Shown: in pieces, positions 1 to 9,001 of the stretch
Layout of the letters: each line of letters begins with the position of its first letter
Numbering within the stretch: position 1 is the stretch's first letter
Origin: an uncultured Verrucomicrobiae bacterium
GTDB lineage: Bacteria; Verrucomicrobiota; Verrucomicrobiia; Limisphaerales; UBA1100
NCBI GenBank assembly: GCA_937775205.1
Contig: CALKBX010000014.1
Span: forward strand, 1,054 to 65,053
Direction: 5' to 3'
Length of the DNA stretch: 64,000 nt
Notes under the pieces: model-generated
Told to the model about the DNA's origin: nothing
The model's database searches: none
Seen by the model: the letters and a program-made list of their open reading frames with translations, nothing else
Translations under genes and position numbers: made by a program

Positions 1-737
1 AGGCCGCCATCCATTCGCAAGCCGACTTCCTCAGGCGTGTCACGAAAAAGCAGCCACGCGAGCGGTGCCATCACAACAATGCAGGCCACCCCCATCAACA
101 GCCATGCCCCCTCGGTGGTAAAACGTTTCTGGAGCGCATCGAGCACGGTCGGCGCAATGGAGTAGCCGAAAGCGACCAGCACGCCACTAATGGCGGTGGC
201 CAAGCCGCGCCTATGATCGAACCATTTGCCAATGGCGTTACGGCAGACCAGTGAGAGCACTCCTTGCCCCGCGGCGCGCACCATGTAAAAACCGAGGGCA
301 ATCGCCGCGAACACCGCCGCCACGCGCGCGACAGACGGAAGACTGGCAGCAAGTGCCCGAGCAAAGTGTGTCGTGGCGGCGAGATAAAACAGGGTCAACC
401 CCAGCGCGACGGCAGCAGCCACGCCCATACGACGTTCGCCCATACGATCGAGCGCACGTCCCAGTCGAGGCAACGTCAATCCACTGGCCACGGTCCCCAC
501 GCAATACGCAAAGCTGAGCTGCAAACGCGTGAGCCCAAGCTTTTCCATCAACACCTCGGTGAAGACGCTGAAGCCCATTGTCTGTCCCGGGATGCTGAAA
601 AGCGCACCCAACGTAGCCGCAAACACGATGACCCATCCGTAAAAAAACGGGCACGCCGCCGGCGAGAACGGCACGCGCGCATCCCAGATGCTGCGCGGGC
701 GCGGCGGCGTTTTATTCTGGTCATCGATTTCCGGCAC
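1..737 (-). CDS. MFS transporter, 3'-truncated by the window edge
   Basis: Not in the ORF track. Manual minus-strand translation from GTG 737 gives ...PFFYGWVIVFAATLGALFSIPGQTMGFSVFTEVLMEKLGLTRLQLSFAYCVGTVASGLTLPRLGRALDRMGERR, with hydrophobic helices and an MFS motif A-like GxxxDRxGxR. Confidence 0.8.
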   Translation of the reverse strand, partial: MPEIDDQNKTPPRPRSIWDARVPFSPAACPFFYGWVIVFAATLGALFSIPGQTMGFSVFTEVLMEKLGLTRLQLSFAYCVGTVASGLTLPRLGRALDRMGERRMGVAAAVALGLTLFYLAATTHFARALAASLPSVARVAAVFAAIALGFYMVRAAGQGVLSLVCRNAIGKWFDHRRGLATAISGVLVAFGYSIAPTVLDALQKRFTTEGAWLLMGVACIVVMAPLAWLLFRDTPEEVGLRMDGG

Positions 738-827
738 GAAGGCGAAAGCACTGCACGACACGCACGCCCATGCAAGCCCGATGATGCCCCTACTTGCCAA
801 TCCACCCACGCGCGTTACCATCGGCCC

Positions 828-3482
828 ATGCAACGCACCCCGCTCCTCGCGGCCCTGATGGCCTTCTCCTTAAACGCGACGCCCGTGCCACAAACGCCCG
901 CGCAAGCACTCAAGGCGTTTCAAACTGAGAAGGGCGTGCGAGTGGAATTGGCGGCGGCGGAACCGCAGGTGAAGGACCCGGTGGCGATGTGTTTTGATGA
1001 CGCGGGGCGGATGTTTGTGGTGGAAGGGCGCGGGTATCCGTTTCTGCCGGCGAAGGATGGCAAAGGGAAAACGCCGCCCAAGCTGGGTACGGTGGCGTTG
1101 CTACAGGATGCCGATGGCGATGGGCGGTTTGAGAAGCGCACGACGTTTGCCGGGGGGTTTACGTTTCCCAATGGCGTGATGCCGTGGAAGGGCGGCATCT
1201 TCCTGACGTGCGCGCCGGATATTTGGTATCTCAAGGACACCACCGGAGATGGGCACGCGGATGTGCGGCGCGTGGTGCTCACCGGGTTTGGCACCAAGAG
1301 CAGCAGCGAACAACTCCGCGTGGCCAGCCCCACGCTCGGGCCCGATGGCTGGGTGTACATCACCAGCGGCCTCACCGATGCCAACGTGACCAGCCCGCTG
1401 CACCCCAAGCGCGCGGCCGTCACCGCCAAGCGGCAGGACGGGCGGTTTCATCCGGAGACGTTTATTTACGAAACCCTCGCCGGCACCGGTCAGTTCGGCC
1501 AATGCTTTGATGCGCGCGGAAACCGGTTTGTTTCCAGCAATCGCAACCCGCTCATGCACGTGGTGCTCGCTGCCGGGTTGCTCCGGCGCAACCCGCACTA
1601 TCCCTTTACCGACACTGTGCAGAACGTCGTGCCCGTCGCCGCCAAGGTGTATCCGCTGAGCCCCGACACCACGGCGGCCAGCTACATCCCCAGCCTGATT
1701 AACAAGCAACACAGCGGCACCTACACCAGTGCCAGCGGCATTTGCATCCGCGGCAACAGCGCCTTCATTTGCGAGCCCGCGCAAAACCTCGTGCAACGCC
1801 AGGTGCTCACCCCCGCCGGTGCCACCTTCACCGCCGCGCACCCCACCCCCGGCCGCGATTTCCTCGCCACTCCCGACCAATGGTTCCGCCCTGTCCACAC
1901 CACCGTGGGCCCCGACGGCGCGCTGTACATCTGCGACATGGTCCGCCAATACATCGATCACCCCCGCTACCTCCCCGAAGACATCCGCGCCAAGCTCCCC
2001 TTCAAAGCCGGCACAAACCACGGCCGCATCTGGCGTGTCATTTTAAAAACCCCCGCTCCGCCCCAGCGCACGGCCAAGCAGTTGTCGGCAGCGGAGTTGA
2101 CCTTGCGTTTAAGTCGGGCTGATTTCCCCAAGGTGGAATTTCCGGCGGAGTTAATTAAACTCGCCAAGTCATCGGATGCCCGCAAGCGGTTCCAAGCTGC
2201 CTTGCAGTTGGGCGGTGTGCAACACGAGGCCAAGGTCACCGCGCTGGTGAGAGTGCTGGTTAACGGCGTGGACGACAAATGGACTCGCGCGACCGTGTTC
2301 AGTTCACTTGGCGAACAGTCCATTGAACTGCTCGATGAATTGGCGAAGGGCTCGAAGATCCGACGCACCAATCTTACCCCCGTTCTAAAGCCGCTGGGCG
2401 GTATCATTGCCCGTAGTCGTGGAAAAGCTGAAATCCTCAGCGTTATCGAACGGCACTTCGCTGCGGGCTTTGGCTGGGAGGCCGAAGAACGAATCGCTCT
2501 GCTTAAGGGCATCGCGGCAGATGTACGGCGGCGACCGTTCATCGGGGCGCAAAAATCAGTGTTCGGCCTCGTGGCGGAACATCCTCCGGCCCGGGCGAAT
2601 GTTGAAAAAACCTTCCAAGCAGCCCGCAACCGCGCAACGGGCAGACAGTCAAGCGCCCTGCGCGCATCGGCCATCGAGTTGCTGGCGTACTCCACCTACA
2701 AAGAGGATGGTGAAACGCTTCTCAAACTGTTGGCCCCGGCACAACCGCGGCCGGTGCAGCTGGCGGCAGCCCAATCACTGGGACAAATTAGTGACCTGCG
2801 TGTTGCATCAGCACTGATGGAAAAATCCCGCTGGGGCAGCTACGCGCCGGATTTGCGCGAGGCGGTCCTAGGCGTGGTGTTAGGCCGGTCGATTTATCAG
2901 CCCGCGCTGATGGCAGCATTGGAGGATGGCACGATACCTGTGTACGCCCTTTCACCCGCACGGCGGCGCGCATTGGAACGCAACAAAACCATCGGCGCGC
3001 GAGCCAAGAAACTGTTTGCCAAACATGCCGGTGGTGACCGCATGAAAGCCTATGAAGCCGCCAAGCCGGTTTTAAAAATGAAAGCCGATGCCGCCAATGG
3101 CGCGAAGATGTTCACGCGTGCCTGCGCCCTGTGCCACACCCACAGCGGCCAAGGCCACGCCGTGGGACCGGACCTCACCGGCCTGCGCAATCAACCCGCC
3201 GCCACGCTGCTGCTGCACATCATCGTGCCCAACCACGAAGTCCAAGGCGCCTACACGCTTTACGAAGTGGACACCCGCGACAACCAAACCTTCGCCGGCC
3301 TCCTCGCCGCCGACACTCCCGAACAAATCACCCTCAAGCTCCCCCTCGGCCTCACCAAAACTTTGGCGCGCAAAAACATCAAAACCCTCCGCGCCAGCCC
3401 CATTTCACTCATGCCCGAGCAGTTAGAAAAAACCATGACGAAGAAGGAATTAGCGGATTTGCTGGCGTTTTTGAAAAAGTAA
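828..3482 (+). CDS. PVC-type membrane-bound dehydrogenase / heme-binding CxxCH protein
   Basis: Beta-propeller N-terminus (DPVAMCFDDAGRMFVVE, FRPVHTTVGPDGALYICD), HEAT-like middle, C-terminal cytochrome c (CALCH, VGPDL, SLMP). Start placed at ATG 828 after a TTGCCA/TACCAT promoter-like motif. Confidence 0.88.
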   Translation: MQRTPLLAALMAFSLNATPVPQTPAQALKAFQTEKGVRVELAAAEPQVKDPVAMCFDDAGRMFVVEGRGYPFLPAKDGKGKTPPKLGTVALLQDADGDGRFEKRTTFAGGFTFPNGVMPWKGGIFLTCAPDIWYLKDTTGDGHADVRRVVLTGFGTKSSSEQLRVASPTLGPDGWVYITSGLTDANVTSPLHPKRAAVTAKRQDGRFHPETFIYETLAGTGQFGQCFDARGNRFVSSNRNPLMHVVLAAGLLRRNPHYPFTDTVQNVVPVAAKVYPLSPDTTAASYIPSLINKQHSGTYTSASGICIRGNSAFICEPAQNLVQRQVLTPAGATFTAAHPTPGRDFLATPDQWFRPVHTTVGPDGALYICDMVRQYIDHPRYLPEDIRAKLPFKAGTNHGRIWRVILKTPAPPQRTAKQLSAAELTLRLSRADFPKVEFPAELIKLAKSSDARKRFQAALQLGGVQHEAKVTALVRVLVNGVDDKWTRATVFSSLGEQSIELLDELAKGSKIRRTNLTPVLKPLGGIIARSRGKAEILSVIERHFAAGFGWEAEERIALLKGIAADVRRRPFIGAQKSVFGLVAEHPPARANVEKTFQAARNRATGRQSSALRASAIELLAYSTYKEDGETLLKLLAPAQPRPVQLAAAQSLGQISDLRVASALMEKSRWGSYAPDLREAVLGVVLGRSIYQPALMAALEDGTIPVYALSPARRRALERNKTIGARAKKLFAKHAGGDRMKAYEAAKPVLKMKADAANGAKMFTRACALCHTHSGQGHAVGPDLTGLRNQPAATLLLHIIVPNHEVQGAYTLYEVDTRDNQTFAGLLAADTPEQITLKLPLGLTKTLARKNIKTLRASPISLMPEQLEKTMTKKELADLLAFLKK

Positions 3483-3534
3483 CCGCAAGATGTCCCGACA
3501 CACTTCCCACATGCGCGGGATTTACGTCTTCGAA

Positions 3535-4992
3535 ATGAAATCTGGAAAACGGATATTGCTGGCGGTCGCGGTTCTCGTCGCTTGGATTCTACCGGCGGCC
3601 GAGAAAAACATCGTCTTCGTCATCGCCGATGACCTCAGCCCCACGATCGGCTGCTACGGCGACATGACGGCGGTGACGCCTAATATCGATCGACTCGCCG
3701 CTGATGGCACCCGATTCCGCTACGCCTTCGCCACCACCGCCAGTTGCAGCGCCAGCCGCTCGGTCATTCTCAGCGGCCTGCACAATCATCGCAACGGACA
3801 TTACGGGCACCTGCACAGCTTCCATAAATTCAGCAGCTTCCCGTGGGTAAAAACCCTCCCCGTGCTGCTCGCCAAGGCCGGCTACCGCACTGCGCGCGTC
3901 GGCAAACATCACAACGGGCCGGAGGACATTTATTTCTTTGAAACAAAAATCAAAGCCAACAGCCGCAGCACCGTCGAGATGGCCAACAACTGCGAGGCGT
4001 TTATTAAGGCCGACGACAAAAAGCCTTTCTTTTTATACTACGCCACCAGCGACCCCCATCGCGGCGGCGGCGATGCCAACGAGCTGCCCCACAAACCCAA
4101 TCGTTTCGGCAACAAACCCAACAAAGGCGCGTACCCCGGCGTGAAGGAAATTTTTTATGACCCCGCAAAAGTCACCGTGCCGCCTTTCCTGCCGGACACC
4201 CCTGAGACGCGCGCTGAGCTCGCGCAGTATTACCAAAGCACTTCGCGCGTGGATCAGGGCCTCGGGCGGCTCATGGAAATTCTCAAGAAAAATGGGAAAT
4301 GGGAAAACACGATTATCATTTTCACTAGCGACCACGGCATGGCCTTTGCTGGCGGCAAGACCACCGTGTACGAAGGCGGCCTGCGCGTGCCCTTCATCGT
4401 GCGCAATCCGTACCAAAAAGACCGCGGCAACACCAACAACGCGATGCTCTCCTTCGTGGACATCGTCCCAACGCTGCTCGACTTCGCTGGCGGTTACGAC
4501 GCCAAGACCAGCGCCGCCAAACCCGCATTGGTTGGTAGCACAAAAAAACCGTACAAATTCCACGGCCGCTCTTTCCTCCCCATCCTCGCCGAGAAAAATC
4601 CAAAAAATTGGGACACGATCAACGCCAGCCACACCTTTCACGAAATCCAAATGTACTACCCGATGCGTGTCGTGCGCGACCGAAAGTACAAGCTCATCTG
4701 GAACATCGCCCACCCGCTCCCCTACCCCTTCGCCAGCGATCTCTGGGCCGCGCCCAGTTGGCAGGCCCAATGGAAAAAAGGCGAGAGCGCCAACTACGGA
4801 AAAAAGACCGTGCGCGAATATATCCATCGCCCGCAGTTCGAGCTATTCGACATCAGCGCCGACCCCAACGAAGCCGTTAACCTCGCCACCGACGCCAAGT
4901 ACGCCAAGGTGTTGGAAGAATACAAAGCCAAGCTCAAGCAATTCCAAAAGGACACTCAGGATCCGTGGATACTCAAGTGGCGCTACGAGTAG
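3535..4992 (+). CDS. Sulfatase (N-sulfoglucosamine sulfohydrolase-like)
   Basis: Signal peptide, NIVFVIADD, FGly motif CSASRSVILSG, GKHH, FTSDHG, YEGGLRVP. Confidence 0.9.
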   Translation: MKSGKRILLAVAVLVAWILPAAEKNIVFVIADDLSPTIGCYGDMTAVTPNIDRLAADGTRFRYAFATTASCSASRSVILSGLHNHRNGHYGHLHSFHKFSSFPWVKTLPVLLAKAGYRTARVGKHHNGPEDIYFFETKIKANSRSTVEMANNCEAFIKADDKKPFFLYYATSDPHRGGGDANELPHKPNRFGNKPNKGAYPGVKEIFYDPAKVTVPPFLPDTPETRAELAQYYQSTSRVDQGLGRLMEILKKNGKWENTIIIFTSDHGMAFAGGKTTVYEGGLRVPFIVRNPYQKDRGNTNNAMLSFVDIVPTLLDFAGGYDAKTSAAKPALVGSTKKPYKFHGRSFLPILAEKNPKNWDTINASHTFHEIQMYYPMRVVRDRKYKLIWNIAHPLPYPFASDLWAAPSWQAQWKKGESANYGKKTVREYIHRPQFELFDISADPNEAVNLATDAKYAKVLEEYKAKLKQFQKDTQDPWILKWRYE

Positions 4993-5109
4993 GGAGAAAT
5001 GACCAAGACCGGCGGGAATAACCAAGGCCCAATAATGCCCCAAACCGTATTGGGTCATTGAAATTTGGGAATTCCTGGGGACTTGGACATTGGAAATTGG
5101 GCATTCCCC
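4993..5109. repeat. Heptamer-built imperfect palindromic repeat (AATGACCAA...TTGG), copy 1
   Basis: Left arm of ..CCAA units, right arm of TTGG.. units; similar elements at 8888, 30350 and 56533. Confidence 0.7.
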
Positions 5110-5228
5110 ATGAGTTGTTCCCACATTATTCACACATTATTTCCTCAAAATATCCCTGTTTTTACGGAGTTTTCTGGCGCTGCGCGGATAACCCTTGAGG
5201 TTGTCAACAGGCCTCCTGCTTCACTGTT

Positions 5229-5244
5229 TGGCACTCAAATTGCT
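5229..5244 (+). promoter_or_regulatory. Sigma-54 (-24/-12) promoter
   Basis: TGGCAC-TCAAA-TTGCT matches the consensus TGGCAC-N5-TTGCW exactly. Confidence 0.7.
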
Positions 5245-5258
5245 GTGTAACCAATGCA

Positions 5259-5354
5259 ATGAAAAACATGGCCCCAATTGATATTTTTTTCCTGTGCCTC
5301 ACCGCCGGTACCGCTGCCTTTGCGGTCGTGTGCGTGGTGCTGATGAGCACGTGA
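5259..5354 (+). CDS. Putative 31-aa single-pass membrane peptide
   Basis: MKNMAPIDIFFLCLTAGTAAFAVVCVVLMST*, directly downstream of the sigma-54 motif; below the ORF-track cutoff. Confidence 0.5.
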   Translation: MKNMAPIDIFFLCLTAGTAAFAVVCVVLMST

Positions 5355-5513
5355 AATTCCCCAACGCATCCGCGCACGCACCTGCTTTGATCTTGTAAGC
5401 GAATGCGTTATTGATTAGGCTTCCCGTGTCCTTGGAATCAAGGATGTTCCGCGCCGGTGTCCAGTCGCGCGGAGTTTCCCAACGCCTCACGGACGCAAAG
5501 CCAAAGGACTGTA

Positions 5514-6103
5514 ATGAGCGAAGAATACACCCCCAACCCGTTTACATCACTGAAACCGCGCCCCCCAATCTGGTCAAGGGTGCCATTGGCGCATTGCTTG
5601 GCTCGCTGATTGGCGGCGCTATTTGGGGCGGCATTTGCATCGGAACCGAAAATGGAGGTGGGGGCTACGCCGCCATTGGCGTGGGTGCCTTGGTCGGCAT
5701 TGGGGCGAGTAAGTTCGCTGGGGGTAAAAGCGCGATGCTGGGAGTGATCGCGGCCCTGTTTAGTATTTTTGGGGTTTTGTCGGGTAAATATATATTCGTC
5801 GCCCACGACATGTTGTCGTTTGAGGAACAGTTTGAGGAACAGGTGATGCAATCTAACTCGCTGTGGGTAAGTGTTCCGGAATCACAACGAAGTCTTTTTC
5901 TGGCAAAGGCTACGACGGAGTTCGAAAAACTGCATGGCGCCAAGCCGAAGGATATTGGATTCTTTTCAGTCGGGCCGGTGACTAAAATGATGTTTCGCCC
6001 TGAGTCGGAAATCTTTGATGGGCTTGATATTCTTTTTGCAATATTCGCTTTGGGTTGGGCTTGGTTTTATGCGAATGAAGACTCCGTGGTGGCAGAATCC
6101 TGA
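5514..6103 (+). CDS. Hypothetical membrane protein (probable 1-nt frameshift near 5530)
   Basis: Gly-rich TM helices (GAIGALLGSLIGGAIWGG). AAAGGA SD and ATG 5514 join the main frame if one C is added to the C-run at 5530-5534. Confidence 0.6.
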
Positions 6104-6206
6104 CGAAGGGATCACGCCTTAAAAAAACGGTCATCGGTCCACGGGTCGGCGGTGTTTGAATAGCCACGCAACGCTCCTTCGCCGCGATGTATTTATCCTT
6201 CATCCC

Positions 6207-6569
6207 CTATTGGGTGCGAACTACATCCCCGGGTTTCAAAATGGTTTCTGCGGTAGTCTGAATTTTCTGTGAGCCGCGGACTACTTCGATAACCCGTCCG
6301 GCTGTTTCAATTTTTGACAAGCTCAGCCCCTTTTCCCACGGCACTTTTTTGGTCACTCCGGTGGTGGTGTCGATGACGGTGACGGCTCCTTTTTTGAAGG
6401 CGGCACCAGCGATGTCGAAGGTGGTGTTGATGGCGGTTTTGGTGACCGCGCCGCCGACTTTGATCGTCGTCTCGGCGATTGCTCCGGTGGTTTTGAGCGT
6501 GTAAGTGGCAACGGTCTTGCAGCCGGTGACGGCTGTTGCCGCTAACATTAATAGGAGTCGAACCATCAT
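6207..6569 (-). CDS. Hypothetical lipoprotein with C-terminal SLBB/beta-grasp-like segment
   Basis: Lipobox VTGC; C-terminus KKVPWEKGLSL...ILKPGDVV. Confidence 0.6.
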   Translation of the reverse strand: MMVRLLLMLAATAVTGCKTVATYTLKTTGAIAETTIKVGGAVTKTAINTTFDIAGAAFKKGAVTVIDTTTGVTKKVPWEKGLSLSKIETAGRVIEVVRGSQKIQTTAETILKPGDVVRTQ

Positions 6570-6976
6570 TGGGAAACAAACCGCAGCACATCGCCGGGCT
6601 CGAGGAGGGCTTTGTTTGTGCCGTCGAGTTGTTCGTCGCCGCGTTCAATTTTGCACGGGCCTGGCGGGCGATTGAGGCCGGCGGTACGGCGGGCGGTGTA
6701 CACGGTCATGCCCTCGCGCCACGGCAGTACTTTTTGCAGCCCGGTTTCCGGGACGAGCAAGGTGATAATTTGCGGCGCTTGGGCCGCTTCGCCGCCGGGG
6801 TTGGTCACCGCATCCACCGCCAAGCCGACGGCAGCGTTTTGCGCGCCGGCCACGGGATTGCCTCCGGACGTGATGGTGCCCGTTGCAAATCTCACCACAG
6901 TTTTGCAGCCCATCGCTGAAAAAATCAACAACAGGCCGAGTGCACCGTGGCAAACGATGCGTGTTACATAGTGCAA
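6566..6976 (-). CDS. Hypothetical lipoprotein, paralogue of the adjacent gene
   Basis: Lipobox AMGC; C-terminus QKVLPWREGMTV...LLEPGDVL. Confidence 0.6.
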   Translation of the reverse strand: MHYVTRIVCHGALGLLLIFSAMGCKTVVRFATGTITSGGNPVAGAQNAAVGLAVDAVTNPGGEAAQAPQIITLLVPETGLQKVLPWREGMTVYTARRTAGLNRPPGPCKIERGDEQLDGTNKALLEPGDVLRFVSQ

Positions 6977-8100
6977 ACCAAGTCGCGCTCGGGCACGATG
7001 CCCCAGCGTTCGCTAACCTCCTTGTGCCCGGGCTGCAAGCCCCAGCGATCGGGCAACGGCTCCGGGCCGTCGAAATTCGGATTGGCGCCCTTCAAATCCA
7101 TGCAGCCGGCGTTGTTGCCGATGTCGGTAATGAAATCGCGCTCGTCGTCGGTAAGGGAAATTGCCGGCAACGCGGCAAGGTCATCGAGCTTGGCCTCGAT
7201 GGTTTTGGCGTCATCGCCCGCTTCCTGGATGAGCGTGGGGATGACGCTTTCCACCGCCGGATGCGCGAGGTTCCACAGGCACGCGAGTTGCAGCAGCGTC
7301 ACCCCGTGCGACTCGGCCACTGCGATCATTCGATCAATTTTTTCGCTACCGCGCTCCACCCACCCACTCGGCCGATACACACGGTGGTCGCCCTCGGCAA
7401 AAGTGTGCCCGGGCCGCACGTCACCGTGGAACAACCCGCCGTGATCCACCACGCGCGTGATGACTTTCACGCCAAGCTCTTCCGCCGCCGGCAACACCAA
7501 AGCGCCCGGCCACGGCTCGAGCGGATTGAGAATCACCATCGCCCAATCAATTGTGGCCGCAAATTTTTCCATGCACAAAAGCATGTCCAAAGTAAATCCA
7601 TTAGCCGGCCCGGGCGCGATGCCGATGCGCTCGGCCAGACCGGCCTCCTTCAGCGCCGCCATACCTTCCCAAACCGCATCGCTGGTGTAGCCGGTCACGT
7701 CGGGGTTGTGCAGCAGCAACAAATCGAAGTGCTCCGCGCCACAGCGTTCAAGTTCCTTTTCCGTGGCCATGCGGAGGTAATCGGCGTAGCCCTCCGGCCC
7801 GCGCAATTGGGGGTCGGTGAAACGCGGGAACCCACGCGAACCGGCGCGTTCGCCGTTGTAAAAATCATGACCCACCGCGCCCACGAGGCAGTAGCTGTCG
7901 CGCGGTTTGTCGGCGAGCCCGCGCGCGAGCATTTCATCTGAAGCGCCCTGACCGTACACATCAGCCGTCATAAACGTCCGCGCGCCCTTTTCGTAAGCAC
8001 GATTGATAAGCGCGAGATACCGCTCCTCATCGAGCTGTTCGCCGAAGTGCATATATCGGCCCCCACTCCAAGTGCCGAAAGCTGTGCGTGTCAAATCCAT
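6964..8100 (-). CDS. Aldo/keto reductase
   Basis: FGTWSGG, TADVYG, DLLLLHNPD, QLACLWNLAHPAVESVIP. Confidence 0.85.
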   Translation of the reverse strand: MDLTRTAFGTWSGGRYMHFGEQLDEERYLALINRAYEKGARTFMTADVYGQGASDEMLARGLADKPRDSYCLVGAVGHDFYNGERAGSRGFPRFTDPQLRGPEGYADYLRMATEKELERCGAEHFDLLLLHNPDVTGYTSDAVWEGMAALKEAGLAERIGIAPGPANGFTLDMLLCMEKFAATIDWAMVILNPLEPWPGALVLPAAEELGVKVITRVVDHGGLFHGDVRPGHTFAEGDHRVYRPSGWVERGSEKIDRMIAVAESHGVTLLQLACLWNLAHPAVESVIPTLIQEAGDDAKTIEAKLDDLAALPAISLTDDERDFITDIGNNAGCMDLKGANPNFDGPEPLPDRWGLQPGHKEVSERWGIVPERDLVCTM

Positions 8101-8205
8101 CGCGCGGGAGCATACCAAAAAACGACCATTTTTCAATGCTGCAGTTCCATTGACTGTGAATGAAAAAACATTTCCGCTGCGACTTCCTTCTTTTATGGTG
8201 CCCGA

Positions 8206-8892
8206 ATGTTTACGGCGGCGGATTTATTTGACCTCAGCCAAACCGAGCACGCCGCCCTCCTTGAAGGCGACGGCCCGGCGTGGGCGGCATTGGCGCGCAT
8301 CAGCGATTACCTTGCCGCCCATCTGCAGCCGGCCAATTACGCCGCTGTTTCGCCCAAGGCGGTGGTTGGCGAAAACGTGTTTCTCGGCAAAGGCACGGTG
8401 GTGGAGCCGGGCGCAACTATAATCGGCCCGGCGATCATTGGCGCGAATTGCCAAATCCGGCACGGCGCGTACATTCGCGCCAACGTCATCATCGGCGACG
8501 GCTGCGTGATCGGCAATTCGTGTGAATTGAAAAACGCGCTGCTGTTCAGCGACTGCCAAGTGCCGCATTTTAATTATGTGGGCGATTCCATTTTGGGCCA
8601 TCACGCGCATCTTGGCGCGGGGGTGGTGCTGTCCAACTTCAAATCGTTCCCCGGCAACGTGACCGTGCAGCACGAGGACAAAAAAATCGATACGGGCCTG
8701 CGCAAATTTGGCGCGCTTATTGGCGACCACGCGGAGCTGGGCTGCAATTGCGTGCTCAACCCCGGCAGCATCATCGGCCGCCGCAGCGTGATTTATCCGA
8801 ATGCGAACTGGCGCGGCGTGCTCGCGGAGAATCGAATTGCAAAGCATCGCGGGGAGATGGAAATTGTGGAGAGAATGAGCAAGGCCCAATGA
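8206..8892 (+). CDS. Hexapeptide-repeat acetyltransferase, similar to the GlmU C-terminal domain (standalone)
   Basis: Left-handed beta-helix repeats, PHFNYVGDSILG, TGLRKFGALIGD. Confidence 0.8.
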   Translation: MFTAADLFDLSQTEHAALLEGDGPAWAALARISDYLAAHLQPANYAAVSPKAVVGENVFLGKGTVVEPGATIIGPAIIGANCQIRHGAYIRANVIIGDGCVIGNSCELKNALLFSDCQVPHFNYVGDSILGHHAHLGAGVVLSNFKSFPGNVTVQHEDKKIDTGLRKFGALIGDHAELGCNCVLNPGSIIGRRSVIYPNANWRGVLAENRIAKHRGEMEIVERMSKAQ

Positions 8893-8996
8893 CCAAGCCC
8901 CAAGGAAATCACAAACACCAAAACCCAAGACAGACTCCCACTTGGTCATTGGTCATTGGGCCTTGCTCATTCCACCGTCTTTGGTCATTGGTCATT
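8888..8996. repeat. Heptamer-built palindromic repeat, copy 2
   Basis: AATGACCAA...TTGGTCATTGGTCATT; its TGA (8890-8892) is the stop codon of the upstream gene. Confidence 0.75.
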
Positions 8997-9001
8997 CGCC
9001 A

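Noticed and set aside
264-827. 188-aa N-terminal extension of the PVC heme protein in the ORF track
   Set aside because: It is the antisense shadow of the minus-strand MFS gene; a promoter-like motif and signal peptide support ATG 828.
5982-6203. 73-aa minus-strand ORF following the lipoprotein pair
   Set aside because: It runs antisense into the membrane-protein gene and has no motif; at most a truncated remnant.
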